This document shows positions 28,286 through 38,492 of a DNA stretch of 64,000 nucleotides, one piece after another. The stretch is from the NCBI GenBank assembly GCA_019058295.1, contig JAHPZI010000019.1:1-64000 (forward strand). The letters are read 5' to 3'. Source of the stretch: Promethearchaeota archaeon (GTDB taxonomy: Archaea > Asgardarchaeota > Lokiarchaeia > Sigyniarchaeales > SOKP01). A program made the translations under genes and the position numbers. The notes under the pieces were generated by a model, which worked only from the letters and a program-made list of their open reading frames with translations, was not told where the DNA came from and searched no databases. Within the stretch, counting starts at the first letter, position 1; the number at the start of each line of letters is the position of its first letter.

Positions 28286-30274
28286 AATTTTTTTTATTTC
28301 AAACAAATAAGGTTTAAATTTGGTATCCTCAGAGTTGTAAACCTTTAAAAGCCATAAAAGGGTATAAATTTCAATTTTTTTCTCAAATTTTTTATCTATT
28401 GTATGGTTCCAATATCGAGCATAGCTATCGAAAAATGCTTCCTTTAACTTTATTTCTCCCAATGGCTTTAAAGTTTGAAGATTAAATTTTACAAAATCCA
28501 GAGCACGTACCCCAATCCGCCAATCATCGAAATCTATTAATCCATTTATTCGAATAATTCCTGCTTCATCTTTTACGATTATGTTTTGGGATTGATAATC
28601 GTTATGTACTACCACAGCTTCGGTTTCCTCTTCAATTAGCGCCATATTATCCATAAAATAATCGTCAATTTCTTTAATATTTTCCAATTTACTCTTTTTC
28701 GCCTCTTGAATCTCATATTCTAATTCTGCGTTAATTATCTCAAACCAAGTTTTTTTTCTTTTAGATCCTATATCAATAATTTTTTCATAGAACGAATCGA
28801 ATTTAATTTCGTGTAATTTAGCTAAAATTTCGCCTAAATTACTAAATAAATTTAAAAATTTTGTGGTTGTTAAGCTGTGATTTTCTTCTAAATATTGCTT
28901 TATTATCTGATTCATTGGTTTTCCATGTATATAATCAATTATCGTGAATATATAAGGGATATTTTGTTTAGTTTCATCATAGTAAATCAAATTGCCTATA
29001 GGAACTTTAGGTGGTTTTTGTTTATTAAAAATATAACTTCCTTTTCGTGATTTTATAATTTCATCAATTTTTTTGAAAAAGCTAGGATTAAGATCTCCTA
29101 AAAAGGGAAATAATAGTTTTTCCTTTACTATATTCTCATACGGGAATGATTCTGAAGTACGAAATCTGAAAATAAATTGTGAATCTTCGAAATTTACTCT
29201 ATAATTTGTATTAAAAGTACCATGAAGTGGACCTGTAATCTTTTTAATTTTACCCTGTTCATTTAAAATTGGAATATCTGAAAATAGTTTAATAACTTCG
29301 TCTAATCTATAGATTTCTTCTTTATTTATAGAAATTAATTGATATATATACTTTTGATTTATCAAATAATTGACAGTTGCTTCAATTACATCTTTACTTG
29401 TTTTATCAAGGTCAATTTGGAAATTGGTTAAATTAATGGATAGTAAATCCCTATATAAATAAAGAAAAGCGTATTTTAATCCAAGAAATCTTTGTCCTTT
29501 TTCAAATTTAAAATAAATTTTATCTCTAATATCATCTAATATCTCTTGTATTTGAATTATTTCTAAAACATTATCCTCGAGTGCCGCTTTAAATAATTTT
29601 GAACATAAATTTACTAAATTGCTTACACTAGATACAATCCCAGAATATTTTCGCTTACCTTTTGGAATTAATTGAAGAAATGTAGAAAATTTAGTAGGAT
29701 TACTGCATAAAACTGAAAAATTATCATTTAAAAGATTAATATTAGCTTTATAAAAATTAATTTTATCAGACGCATCAATTATGCCTTTAAGATTTGGAAA
29801 TTTTACTAAATCACTCAATACCTCGGGTTCAATTTCGTTGCCAGCAAACTGAACGGGATTATTATATAAAAAAATAGGATTATCAAGTGTTAAAGAACTT
29901 AAAATATTTTCAAAATATGATTTTAACTCACTGGATAATTTTTTTTCTGAGAATTGTGGTGCTATGATAAAATTAAGGTTATTGAATTTCCCTCCTAAAT
30001 CTTCAATTTGATCAATAATATCTTCTAATTTACTTCCGCTAACAGCAAATATGACCGGAATTTTTTCATCTGTAATTTTATATGCTTTCTTAATGAGGTT
30101 TTTTTGTTTATCAATATTATCTACAAAATTCTCCTCCATATTAAAAATTAAGATAGCATTGGCTCCATTTAAGAACTGGTGCTGAAATAAAAATGATGTT
30201 AGTTGAATATCTATTTGTGAGTTTTCATCAAAGAATATGATTGAAGGGACAATAACACCATTTATCTGTGACAT
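28271..30274 (-). CDS. Fusion: degenerate DapA-like barrel + aminoglycoside/choline phosphotransferase-like kinase
   Basis: N-terminus has GVIVPSII.FDE, LYNNP, PNLKGIIDAS (DapA fold). C-terminus has HNDYQSQN and LIDFDD (APH catalytic motifs). Confidence 0.8.
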   Translation of the reverse strand: MSQINGVIVPSIIFFDENSQIDIQLTSFLFQHQFLNGANAILIFNMEENFVDNIDKQKNLIKKAYKITDEKIPVIFAVSGSKLEDIIDQIEDLGGKFNNLNFIIAPQFSEKKLSSELKSYFENILSSLTLDNPIFLYNNPVQFAGNEIEPEVLSDLVKFPNLKGIIDASDKINFYKANINLLNDNFSVLCSNPTKFSTFLQLIPKGKRKYSGIVSSVSNLVNLCSKLFKAALEDNVLEIIQIQEILDDIRDKIYFKFEKGQRFLGLKYAFLYLYRDLLSINLTNFQIDLDKTSKDVIEATVNYLINQKYIYQLISINKEEIYRLDEVIKLFSDIPILNEQGKIKKITGPLHGTFNTNYRVNFEDSQFIFRFRTSESFPYENIVKEKLLFPFLGDLNPSFFKKIDEIIKSRKGSYIFNKQKPPKVPIGNLIYYDETKQNIPYIFTIIDYIHGKPMNQIIKQYLEENHSLTTTKFLNLFSNLGEILAKLHEIKFDSFYEKIIDIGSKRKKTWFEIINAELEYEIQEAKKSKLENIKEIDDYFMDNMALIEEETEAVVVHNDYQSQNIIVKDEAGIIRINGLIDFDDWRIGVRALDFVKFNLQTLKPLGEIKLKEAFFDSYARYWNHTIDKKFEKKIEIYTLLWLLKVYNSEDTKFKPYLFEIKKILDIN

Positions 30275-30489
30275 ATTAGTTTACTTCGTTATTTATAATA
30301 ATAAAAAGTTAAATTAGATTTCTAATAAAATAGTAAGAATGAGATTTTATTTTCTGTGTAGTATTTTAGAATATTTTTAAATATTAATATTTTATTTTAA
30401 GACAATTAACTATATAAACAAAATATTTGAATGTTTTATTAATAGAAATTAATTTAGATTGGATTAAATTTATATGAGGTGTATATTGA

Positions 30490-31206
30490 ATTTTTTGTAA
30501 AATTGAAGGAGTTGATATTCCTCTTGTTTCTACAGGAACTTCTCCTTTTCTGGGGGCTGGTCAGTTTGGAACTAATGCGCGCATTTACCGTAAGAAATTT
30601 ATGAACCATGTGGATGCTGTGTTAGAAATTTTAGAAGCGAGCTACAAAGCAGGAGGGCGAGGAATCGAAATTATAACTGCAGGTAAAATAAGTGAAGCTG
30701 CCAAAATAATGAAAGAAACGCATACTGATTTTGTAATTACAGGATCTACATTTCCTGGACCTGATCCAATGATAGAAAAACTAATTGAACTTGACACAAA
30801 AATAATTTTTATCCATGGTATGGTGTCAGATAAAAAAGATACTAAACTTATGAAACTTGTTGAAGATGTTTCATCTCGAGGAGTCATACCGGGTATTGCT
30901 GCTCATAATCCTGTTTCTACTTTAGAATATGCTCTTGAGAATTTACCAGATGTAAAGGTTTTTCTAATTCCATTTAATAAAAGAGGAATGTTAATGGGCA
31001 ATAAAAGGAAATTAGAAGAGATTGTTGACAATGCTAAAAATTGCTCGTTTGTAGGTATGAAAACTCTCGCTGCAGGGAAATTGGATCCAAAAAAAGCATA
31101 CGAATACATCTCAAAACATAATATTTGTGCTGTTGCTATCGGAATGGTTGCAACAGAAGAAGCCGAGATATCAACAAAAGTAGCTTTGGAAGCATTAAGT
31201 AAATAA
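30490..31206 (+). CDS. Conserved hypothetical TIM-barrel protein (aldo/keto reductase-like fold)
   Basis: The frame is open from 30490 (GVDIPLVSTGTSPFLGAGQFG...) through PGIAAH, LIPFNKRG and GMKTLAAG. The ORF-track start at 30601 truncates it. Confidence 0.7.
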   Translation: MFCKIEGVDIPLVSTGTSPFLGAGQFGTNARIYRKKFMNHVDAVLEILEASYKAGGRGIEIITAGKISEAAKIMKETHTDFVITGSTFPGPDPMIEKLIELDTKIIFIHGMVSDKKDTKLMKLVEDVSSRGVIPGIAAHNPVSTLEYALENLPDVKVFLIPFNKRGMLMGNKRKLEEIVDNAKNCSFVGMKTLAAGKLDPKKAYEYISKHNICAVAIGMVATEEAEISTKVALEALSK

Positions 31207-31309
31207 CCAAATTTATCTTAATAAAAATAAAAACATAAAATAGTGATTTTATAGAAAAGAAGAAAATTAGGAGTTCCCCCTTACCTGATACTGGTGCCTA
31301 ATGTTATAG
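31114..31309 (+). repeat. Direct repeat copy B1: live 3' end of TIM-barrel gene + spacer + dead 5' end of flavin reductase
   Basis: Aligns by eye to 32961-33155 at roughly 80-85% identity. Confidence 0.9.
31251..31309 (+). pseudogene. Decayed 5' fragment of the flavin reductase gene
   Basis: ATG has become ATA, plus a 1-nt indel relative to 33098-33155. Confidence 0.7.
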
Positions 31310-31348
31310 ATTTCGAAAATCCAAAGTCAGTTTCAATTGGAGTTAAGA

Positions 31349-32821
31349 TTAAGGATTACAGTGAATCGAAGGTTTTCGATCAATCCAGGGTCTTTCTTGC
31401 TCTAATTGAGCTGCTAAACGGAAAAGAGTGGCTTCATTACCAAAACGAGCTGCGAATTGAAGGCCTATTGGTAAATTATCAGCATTCCAATATAATGGAA
31501 CGGACATGGCTGGTTGACCTGTTACATTAAAGATACTAGTAAAAGCACTCATTTGACTCATTAATTGGAAAGATTTACCTACATTCTCTGCTGTAAAAGA
31601 TCCAATCTTTACTGGAGGAATGGACATTGTCGGAGTAAGTAGTAAATCATATCCACCTTTATGAAACCATTGTGCTATTTGCCGTGAAAAGAGTTGGCAT
31701 TCTTCTAATGCAAGTATATAATCAGAAGCAGTTCGTCTTACCGCATTTTTATAAAATAACCAAGTCAAAGGTTCCATTTGGTCTTCTGTAATCTTGGTCC
31801 CTAATTCTTTTTCTATATATGTTAAACTCGAACCAGTAATGGAAATATACATAACACTAAAAGCCGTGAAAAGATTTGCATAACTTAATTCCTCTGGATT
31901 TACATCTACAACATTATGTCCTAAACTTTCACATAGTTGAGCAACATCTTTTACTGCTTTCTCGCAATCTGGATGAACTTTAGTATTAGAACTCCACCCC
32001 TTAGGAACGGAAGTTAAATATCCAATTTTTAAACGCCCCACTTCATGATGAATTTCTTCTAAATAAGGGCGTTTTTTTGGTGGAGCATAATAAGGATCTC
32101 CTATGTCTGGTCCTGATGTTGCATCCAATAATGCTGCTGAATCTCTTACTGTGCGAGTAAGTGCGTGTTCTGAAACTATTCCGCTACCAATATCACCATA
32201 ACGTGGGCCGAGAGGATTTCGAGCGCGAGTAGGTTTCAGACCAAAAACTCCACAACAAGAAGCGGGGATACGAATTGAGCCCCCTCCATCGTTTCCATGA
32301 GCAATTGGGACGATTCCAGCGGCTACAGCTGCAGCTGAACCACCACTCGAGCCTCCTGGTGTTATATTTAGATCCCAAGGGTTTCTTGTAGGTCCAAATA
32401 AGACAGGTTCTGTAGTGGGAAGAATACCAAATTCAGGAGTATTAGTTTTACCAACAACAATTAATCCAGCAGCTTTATGACGTTTCACTAGCTCTGTATC
32501 CCATTTTGAAACATTTCCTTTGAGGAGTTTAGCGCCTGAATAGTAAGGTGTTCCTTCATATTCCGCACAAATATCTTTTAAAAGGAATGGTATACCACTA
32601 AAAAGAGCATCAATTTTTTTACCTGTACTAATTTCCTTATCCCAATTTTCTGCATTTTTACGTGCCTCATCATACATTTTATAAATCACAGTATTGATTT
32701 TAGGATTAACTCGCTCAATTCGCTCGATAGTCATCTCTACTAATTCGGATGGCTTAATTTCTCGTTCTCGGACCATTTCTCCTAAACGAATAGCGTCATA
32801 TTCAATTAATTCAGCTTTCAA
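31349..32821 (-). CDS. Amidase signature family enzyme (6-aminohexanoate-cyclic-dimer hydrolase-like)
   Basis: [20 protein letters not shown] and [12 protein letters not shown] (Ser-cisSer-Lys triad). Confidence 0.92.
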   Translation of the reverse strand: MKAELIEYDAIRLGEMVREREIKPSELVEMTIERIERVNPKINTVIYKMYDEARKNAENWDKEISTGKKIDALFSGIPFLLKDICAEYEGTPYYSGAKLLKGNVSKWDTELVKRHKAAGLIVVGKTNTPEFGILPTTEPVLFGPTRNPWDLNITPGGSSGGSAAAVAAGIVPIAHGNDGGGSIRIPASCCGVFGLKPTRARNPLGPRYGDIGSGIVSEHALTRTVRDSAALLDATSGPDIGDPYYAPPKKRPYLEEIHHEVGRLKIGYLTSVPKGWSSNTKVHPDCEKAVKDVAQLCESLGHNVVDVNPEELSYANLFTAFSVMYISITGSSLTYIEKELGTKITEDQMEPLTWLFYKNAVRRTASDYILALEECQLFSRQIAQWFHKGGYDLLLTPTMSIPPVKIGSFTAENVGKSFQLMSQMSAFTSIFNVTGQPAMSVPLYWNADNLPIGLQFAARFGNEATLFRLAAQLEQERPWIDRKPSIHCNP

Positions 32822-32960
32822 ATTTTTTCACTTCTTTATTTTTAATTTTTAGTTGGATTAAATTTTTAATTGAATATTTAGAAAATAAGATATTAATACA
32901 TATATAAGCTTCTAATGAGAATAGTTCTATAGGTTTCTAATCAGAATATTATGTTTTGAT

Positions 32961-33155
32961 AAATATAATATTTTTGCTGTAATTATAGGAATAGTTGTAA
33001 CAGAAGAAGCAGAAATATCAATAAAAATAGCTTTAAAAGCAATAAGTAAATAACTAATTTTATCTTAATAAAAATAAAAACAAAAAATAGTGATATTATG
33101 GAAAAAAAAAAAATTAAGGCTACCTGCTACCTGTTTCCGATGCCTACTGTTATAG
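32961..33155 (+). repeat. Direct repeat copy B2: dead 3' end of TIM-barrel gene + spacer + live 5' end of flavin reductase
   Basis: 32961-33053 translates KYNIFAVIIGIVVTEEAEISIKIALKAISK* versus the live KHNICAVAIGMVATEEAEISTKVALEALSK*. Confidence 0.9.
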
Positions 33156-33667
33156 CAGGTGCGAATGTGAATGGTAAACCAAATTTTGTAACAATTGCAT
33201 TTTGTGGTAGTCTTCAATATAAACCCCCAATGTTAGTAATTTCTTCTGGTAAAAACCATTATACAAATATAGGCATAAGAGAAAATAATACTTTCAGTGT
33301 AAATATACCTTCTATAGAGATGGTTAAAGTTACTGATTATATAGGGACAATCTCTGGTAAACAAATAGACAAGTCAGTTTTATTTGATATTTTTTATGGA
33401 GAATTAGAGAGCGCACCTATGATAAGCGAAGCACCAGTCAATTATGAGTGTAAGGTGGCAAAAATTATTAATCTTAATGGTACTAATGATATTATTATTG
33501 GAGAAATTGTACAAACCTACGTTAATGAAGATTGTACTACTAAAGGAAAACCAGATATTCAAAAAATACAACCAATTGTATTTTCTGGTTTTGATTCTAA
33601 TTATATGAAGGTTGGAGATGTTCTAGCTCAAGCATATAAAATTGGTCGAGACTATAAAAAAGAGTAA
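33098..33667 (+). CDS. Flavin reductase / flavoredoxin family protein
   Basis: LFPMP, GKPN, HYTNIGIREN.TFSVNIP, APMISEAPVNYECK. Confidence 0.9.
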   Translation: MEKKKIKATCYLFPMPTVIAGANVNGKPNFVTIAFCGSLQYKPPMLVISSGKNHYTNIGIRENNTFSVNIPSIEMVKVTDYIGTISGKQIDKSVLFDIFYGELESAPMISEAPVNYECKVAKIINLNGTNDIIIGEIVQTYVNEDCTTKGKPDIQKIQPIVFSGFDSNYMKVGDVLAQAYKIGRDYKKE

Positions 33668-33681
33668 TTCAATTAATTTTT

Positions 33682-34311
33682 TTATATATATTTTCTTACA
33701 ACTTCGCCTCTTGGGGTTTTTTCTTCAAATAAAATAGCTTGAAATGAATAAATTTTAGTACTTAGATCTTTCCAAGCATCTGTGGGAAGCCATGCTTTTT
33801 GACAAGTATGGGAGAGAAAGGTTTCCACATCCCAGTTCCGATCATGATCCACCGGAACTTGAGGGAGTAATAATCCTCTTCGCGCCCCTAATTCTGCGAT
33901 TAATCCATCCCTTCCAATAACGATTTTTTCGAGATACTCTTTAGGATCGTTTACTTCAATTTGTTTAGGTGGAGTTAATATAGATATTTCGATTACGATA
34001 TCGTCCATTTCTTCTAATCTAACTGAACGGAAACGAGGATCTTCTATAGCTGAACTAATTGAAACTCTATGAACCACCTCATATAAAGGATAAGTAGGTT
34101 CTATATAACCTATGCACCCTCTCAAAGGATTGCCTCCTACATTGAATTTATTTAAAGTAACGAATGCTCCATAATTGTTTGCGAACTTTTGTTTAATTTC
34201 TTCGGGAACACCTATTCTTTTATTATTTTTTAGATAATGCTCGATGTTTTCCCTTGCAAAATTGATAAGCATCTTTCCCTCTTCTACACTAAATTTCTCC
34301 TCGTTTGACAT
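33682..34311 (-). CDS. AMMECR1 domain protein
   Basis: GAFVTL, LRGCIG, DPRF, EISILT, GLLLPQV. Confidence 0.93.
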   Translation of the reverse strand: MSNEEKFSVEEGKMLINFARENIEHYLKNNKRIGVPEEIKQKFANNYGAFVTLNKFNVGGNPLRGCIGYIEPTYPLYEVVHRVSISSAIEDPRFRSVRLEEMDDIVIEISILTPPKQIEVNDPKEYLEKIVIGRDGLIAELGARRGLLLPQVPVDHDRNWDVETFLSHTCQKAWLPTDAWKDLSTKIYSFQAILFEEKTPRGEVVRKYI

Positions 34312-34374
34312 AATATTAACCTAAAAATTTTCTTATATGTATAAATAAAATTAAGTTACTTGATATTTTATATT

Positions 34375-35766
34375 TTATAGGAATTTTATTATCGAGCCCA
34401 TTGGTGTAGAATTTTCAATATTAATTTCTACTCCTCTTAAAAAGACTTTCCAAATTTGGATGTTTGTTTCAAAGTTTTCGAATGGTGAAAATTTTGCCTT
34501 TGTTTTAAAATTTTGAGAATTAATTTTATATTGTGGAATTTTATCAATAATCATTAAATCAGCAACATAGCCTACTTTTATAAATCCTTTATTTTTTAAT
34601 TTAAATTGTTTTGCTGGTTGTTCTGACGCTGCCTTTACAAAATTTTCTAATGATAATTCATAATGGCATACTTTATTAAGTAATAAAAGTGGATAGGTTT
34701 CAAATCCTGGAAATCCTGAAGGTGCATCAGAATATTCTCCTGATTTTTCTTTTAGTGTATGTGGGGCGTGATCAGTTCCGATTAATTGTATTTTTCCATC
34801 TAATAATTCATTTAATAAGAACTGTGAATGATTCTCATCTCTTAAAGGAGGCAAAACTTTACCATAATTATCATTACTTAGTATAACCTTATTTGACAAA
34901 ATTAGGTGATGAGGTGTAATTTCAAATGTTATTTTTAAATTTTTATAAGTATTTATTGCTTTTTTTATTAAAGAATAACTGTCTATACAACTTATATGAC
35001 AGAAATGAATAATCGGATAATTTTTGGACTCTAAATCATTATCAGTAATAATTTTATAATAATTTTCAAGAATAAAATTCACATATTTCGCTTCCATTTG
35101 ACACGGATAAAGCATATTATGTAATTCTAGCGCATTATAATTTTCTAATGTGTTTTCTTGAAGAATATCCTCTTTTTTATCCTCAGTTATCGCCCAATCG
35201 GGGTGAATAAAAATAGGAATTTGGTATTTTGATGAGATAAGAAGAATCTTTTGAATATTTAACCAGTCAGTCCAATCAACTTCATTCAAAGAACTAAGTG
35301 GGTATATTTTAAACCCAATTACACCTAAATCTATAATTTTAATAATTTCTTCAAAATTGATTCCTTTAGGGACTCCTGCAATAAATCCGACATCTACATG
35401 AATATTTTTTTGAGCCTTATCCATCCATTTCTTAACTTGTTTGGCGGAAATTGCGGGAGGTTTTGTATTAGGCATATTAAAAACAGTTGTTATTCCGGAA
35501 AACGCAGCTGCTTTCGTTCCTGTTAGAAATGTTTCTTTTTCGGATTGATCCATATCACGTAAATGAGAATGAATATCGATAATTCCCGGGATAATTAATT
35601 TATTTTCGCAATTAATTTCTTTTCCATCATCATTATTTTGAGTGATAAAATTATAATCTTCTACAGAAGGATCAAAACAAATTGATTGAATAATTCCCTT
35701 GTTGATAAGAAGTGCGCCTTTACGTACTATGCCTTCTGAATAAATCTTAGCATTCTGTAAAATCAT
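34375..35766 (-). CDS. pyrC: Dihydroorotase (type I amidohydrolase)
   Basis: DIHSHLR, MPNTKP, HFCHIS, PHHL, PPLR, TDHAPH. Confidence 0.85.
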   Translation of the reverse strand: MILQNAKIYSEGIVRKGALLINKGIIQSICFDPSVEDYNFITQNNDDGKEINCENKLIIPGIIDIHSHLRDMDQSEKETFLTGTKAAAFSGITTVFNMPNTKPPAISAKQVKKWMDKAQKNIHVDVGFIAGVPKGINFEEIIKIIDLGVIGFKIYPLSSLNEVDWTDWLNIQKILLISSKYQIPIFIHPDWAITEDKKEDILQENTLENYNALELHNMLYPCQMEAKYVNFILENYYKIITDNDLESKNYPIIHFCHISCIDSYSLIKKAINTYKNLKITFEITPHHLILSNKVILSNDNYGKVLPPLRDENHSQFLLNELLDGKIQLIGTDHAPHTLKEKSGEYSDAPSGFPGFETYPLLLLNKVCHYELSLENFVKAASEQPAKQFKLKNKGFIKVGYVADLMIIDKIPQYKINSQNFKTKAKFSPFENFETNIQIWKVFLRGVEINIENSTPMGSIIKFL

Positions 35767-36427
35767 ATTTATCTTGTTTTTTCAATAAATCTACTCGAAA
35801 ATTAACATACAAAAATTTATCTTCTATACTATTAATTTTTGAAAGCGTTAAAAATTTTATATCTTTCAAATCTTTAAACAGTTGAAAAAAGTTGGAATCT
35901 TCAATTATTGTATTGTATGCGGGAATAATGTAGAAAAAGTCAGATATAGGATTTAAAGTTTCAAATTCATTAACTGTAAGATATGAGTTTACTTTTCCTA
36001 CATCGTCATCATTAATTATAAAAATGGGTTTGAAAGATGGAAAAGATTTAAAATACTTAATAAACGATTCGTTATTGGAAAATTTCCTTATATGAATACC
36101 GGGGGTTGATCTTCTCCAATCTTCAATATCTGAAGAATTAAATAGGTTTATTTTGTCTATGGCTTTTTTTAATAACAAAGCTTGCGAACGCTCGTCCGGA
36201 CCTAAATATTTTAATCTATTCCCTTCAAATTTAATTAATACCCCTTCATTTTGAAAATATAATAACAAATTATTCTCTTTTCTGATTGCATAGGAAAGAC
36301 AGAAAGTCTCACGAATACAAGAACAAATTATGTAAATTTCAAAAGGAGTTTTTCCTACATCAATATCCTTTTTATTATAGTTAGTGAGATTTTTAACTAA
36401 TAATAAGAAATTTACCAATCTAATCAA
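35747..36427 (-). CDS. Divergent TrmY-like SPOUT protein (tRNA pseudouridine-54 N1-methyltransferase family)
   Basis: FCLSYAIRK, LKYLGPDERS and STPGI motifs; located beside SRP54. Confidence 0.6.
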   Translation of the reverse strand: MIRLVNFLLLVKNLTNYNKKDIDVGKTPFEIYIICSCIRETFCLSYAIRKENNLLLYFQNEGVLIKFEGNRLKYLGPDERSQALLLKKAIDKINLFNSSDIEDWRRSTPGIHIRKFSNNESFIKYFKSFPSFKPIFIINDDDVGKVNSYLTVNEFETLNPISDFFYIIPAYNTIIEDSNFFQLFKDLKDIKFLTLSKINSIEDKFLYVNFRVDLLKKQDKYDFTEC

Positions 36428-36442
36428 GAAAAGTAAGAATAT

Positions 36443-37819
36443 CTAAAATTTAAAATTTTTACTTAATTTATCCATAAATGCTGCAGCACCTTTTCCCATT
36501 CCCGGCATTCCCGGCATTCCTTTTCCCTTTTTGCGAGCTTGTAAAAATCGTTTCATCATTTTCTTCATTTGGTTATATTGATCTAACATTTTATTAATTA
36601 CAGCATATTCTGTACCCGAACCGATTGCAATTCGTCTTTTCCTTGTCTTTTTAATAATTTTTGGAGTTTCTTTCTCTTCCTGCGTCATAGAATCTAAAAC
36701 TACTCTCCATTTCTCAATATTTCTTTCTGCATCATCTTTTAGGGCGTCGGGAATGTTCCCTCCCCCCATCATTGCAAGAATTTCCCGCATTTTACCGACT
36801 TTTTTTATATTTTTAATCTGCATATAGAGATCTTCTAATGTGAATCTCCCTTTCATCATACGTTTGACCGCCTCAGGATCGGGCATAACTTCTGCTTCTT
36901 GAACTCTTTGTACAAGGGCTTCGAGATTTGGAATACCTAAAAGGGTACCTACAAAACTAGTCGCTTCGAATTCTTCAAAGGCATCTATTTTTTCACCAAT
37001 CCCAATAAATCGAATGGGAACATTGGTAGCAGCACAAGCAGATAAGGCACCTCCTCCTTTTGCTGTACCGTCTAATTTAGTAACTATAATGCTTCCAAGA
37101 TTTGTTGCTTTGCCAAATTCTTCAGCTTGAGGGTAAGCTTGTTGCCCAAGTGTTCCGTCAATCACCAGTATAGTTTCGTTTGGCTTTAAAACACTTTCAA
37201 TCTTCTGCATTTCTGTCATTAATTCTTTTTCCTCTTTGTGTCTTCCTGCTGTATCGACAATAATTATGTCATGTCCATCTGCCAATGCCCTTTTAGTTTC
37301 TTTAACGGCGATTTTTAAAGCATTCTTTTCGTTCGGATTCCCATAACATTTTACAGGAATTTGTTTAGTTAATTGAACAAGTTGTTCGTAAGCTCCAGGC
37401 CGATAAGTGTCCGTCGTAATTGTAGCAACTTTATAGCCCTTGCTATTGTAAAATTTAGCCAATTTTCCAATCGTTGTGGTTTTACCTGAACCTTGGATTC
37501 CTACAAGTAGAATAACATTTTTTTTCCCCGGTTTTATCCTTATGGGGGCTTGTTTTCCTCCTAAAACATGCACTAATTCATCGTGGATTAATGAAATAAC
37601 GAAATCTTTTCTTTTTGCTTTCTGAAGTTTAGTATTCATTGCCTCTTTTTTAATATTTTCTGTCATTTCAAACACTAATTCGACTTTTACATCTGCACTT
37701 AGAAGTGCTCGTTGTAAATCTTGAATTAGAGCATTAATGGCATCTTTATCTACTCTGGGAAGACGACGTAATTTTCTAATAGCGTTATCCAAATTGCGAC
37801 CGAGATTTTCTAAAACCAT
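36443..37819 (-). CDS. srp54: Signal recognition particle GTPase SRP54
   Basis: [20 protein letters not shown]; M domain SMT..E...RRIA.GSG; GMPGMPGMG tail. Confidence 0.96.
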   Translation of the reverse strand: MVLENLGRNLDNAIRKLRRLPRVDKDAINALIQDLQRALLSADVKVELVFEMTENIKKEAMNTKLQKAKRKDFVISLIHDELVHVLGGKQAPIRIKPGKKNVILLVGIQGSGKTTTIGKLAKFYNSKGYKVATITTDTYRPGAYEQLVQLTKQIPVKCYGNPNEKNALKIAVKETKRALADGHDIIIVDTAGRHKEEKELMTEMQKIESVLKPNETILVIDGTLGQQAYPQAEEFGKATNLGSIIVTKLDGTAKGGGALSACAATNVPIRFIGIGEKIDAFEEFEATSFVGTLLGIPNLEALVQRVQEAEVMPDPEAVKRMMKGRFTLEDLYMQIKNIKKVGKMREILAMMGGGNIPDALKDDAERNIEKWRVVLDSMTQEEKETPKIIKKTRKRRIAIGSGTEYAVINKMLDQYNQMKKMMKRFLQARKKGKGMPGMPGMGKGAAAFMDKLSKNFKF

Positions 37820-37952
37820 AAGTCAAGTAATCTCTAATTTTATTACCTATTTGATTTAATATTCAAAACCTAATATTTTTTTTTAATAAAAATATTAATA
37901 AATTAAAAAGAATGAAATGTCAAAAATAAAAATATTCATAAATTAATTAAGA

Positions 37953-38393
37953 TTGGTGTTTACAATTAGCATACGTCGAACTGAAATCCAGAAGCTTAAG
38001 ACTGGAAATTTTATCATGGTTGATGATGAACCTTGCGTTATAAAAAGTACTGAACGTTCGAAGAGCGGCAAACATGGCCATGCGAAGGTCCGGGTGTCTT
38101 GTATTGGAATGTTTGATAATAACAAGAGATCTTTAACTTTTCCGAGTGGTCAAATGGTGGAGGTTCCAGAAATTATAAAAGGCAATGCCCAGATTAACTA
38201 TATTGAGGATACACTCATTAATGTCATGGATTTAGAAAGTTACGAGTCCGTGGATATAGATTGGCCCAGAGATGAAGATTTAATAAAAAAATTAAAAGAA
38301 CTACAAGCCGATCCTAGTAAAATGTCGTCCTCACAAGTAGATTATTGGCAATTAGCTGGAAAAATGCTTATCAATAGAGTGTTTACCACATAA
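37953..38393 (+). CDS. eif5a: Translation factor aIF5A
   Basis: Hypusine loop SKSGKHGHAK. Start may be ATT at 37965. Confidence 0.95.
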   Translation: MVFTISIRRTEIQKLKTGNFIMVDDEPCVIKSTERSKSGKHGHAKVRVSCIGMFDNNKRSLTFPSGQMVEVPEIIKGNAQINYIEDTLINVMDLESYESVDIDWPRDEDLIKKLKELQADPSKMSSSQVDYWQLAGKMLINRVFTT

Positions 38394-38492
38394 CTTCTTT
38401 CACATAAATTAATTCAATCTTTCTTAATTAATTGTTTTCTTAAAATCAGCTTTAAAAACTTATTAATTCCAATTAAGAGATTTTGTGTTATT

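Noticed and set aside
30475-30489. Selenocysteine readthrough of the in-frame TGA at 30487
   Set aside because: A second TGA lies four codons upstream with no suitable start, there is no redox motif context, and I recognised no SECIS.
31294-31530. 78 aa plus-strand ORF
   Set aside because: It starts in the decayed flavin reductase duplicate and continues antisense to the amidase.
36497-36520. 9-bp tandem repeat (cattcccgg)
   Set aside because: It simply encodes the GMP-GMP-GM tail of the SRP54 M domain.
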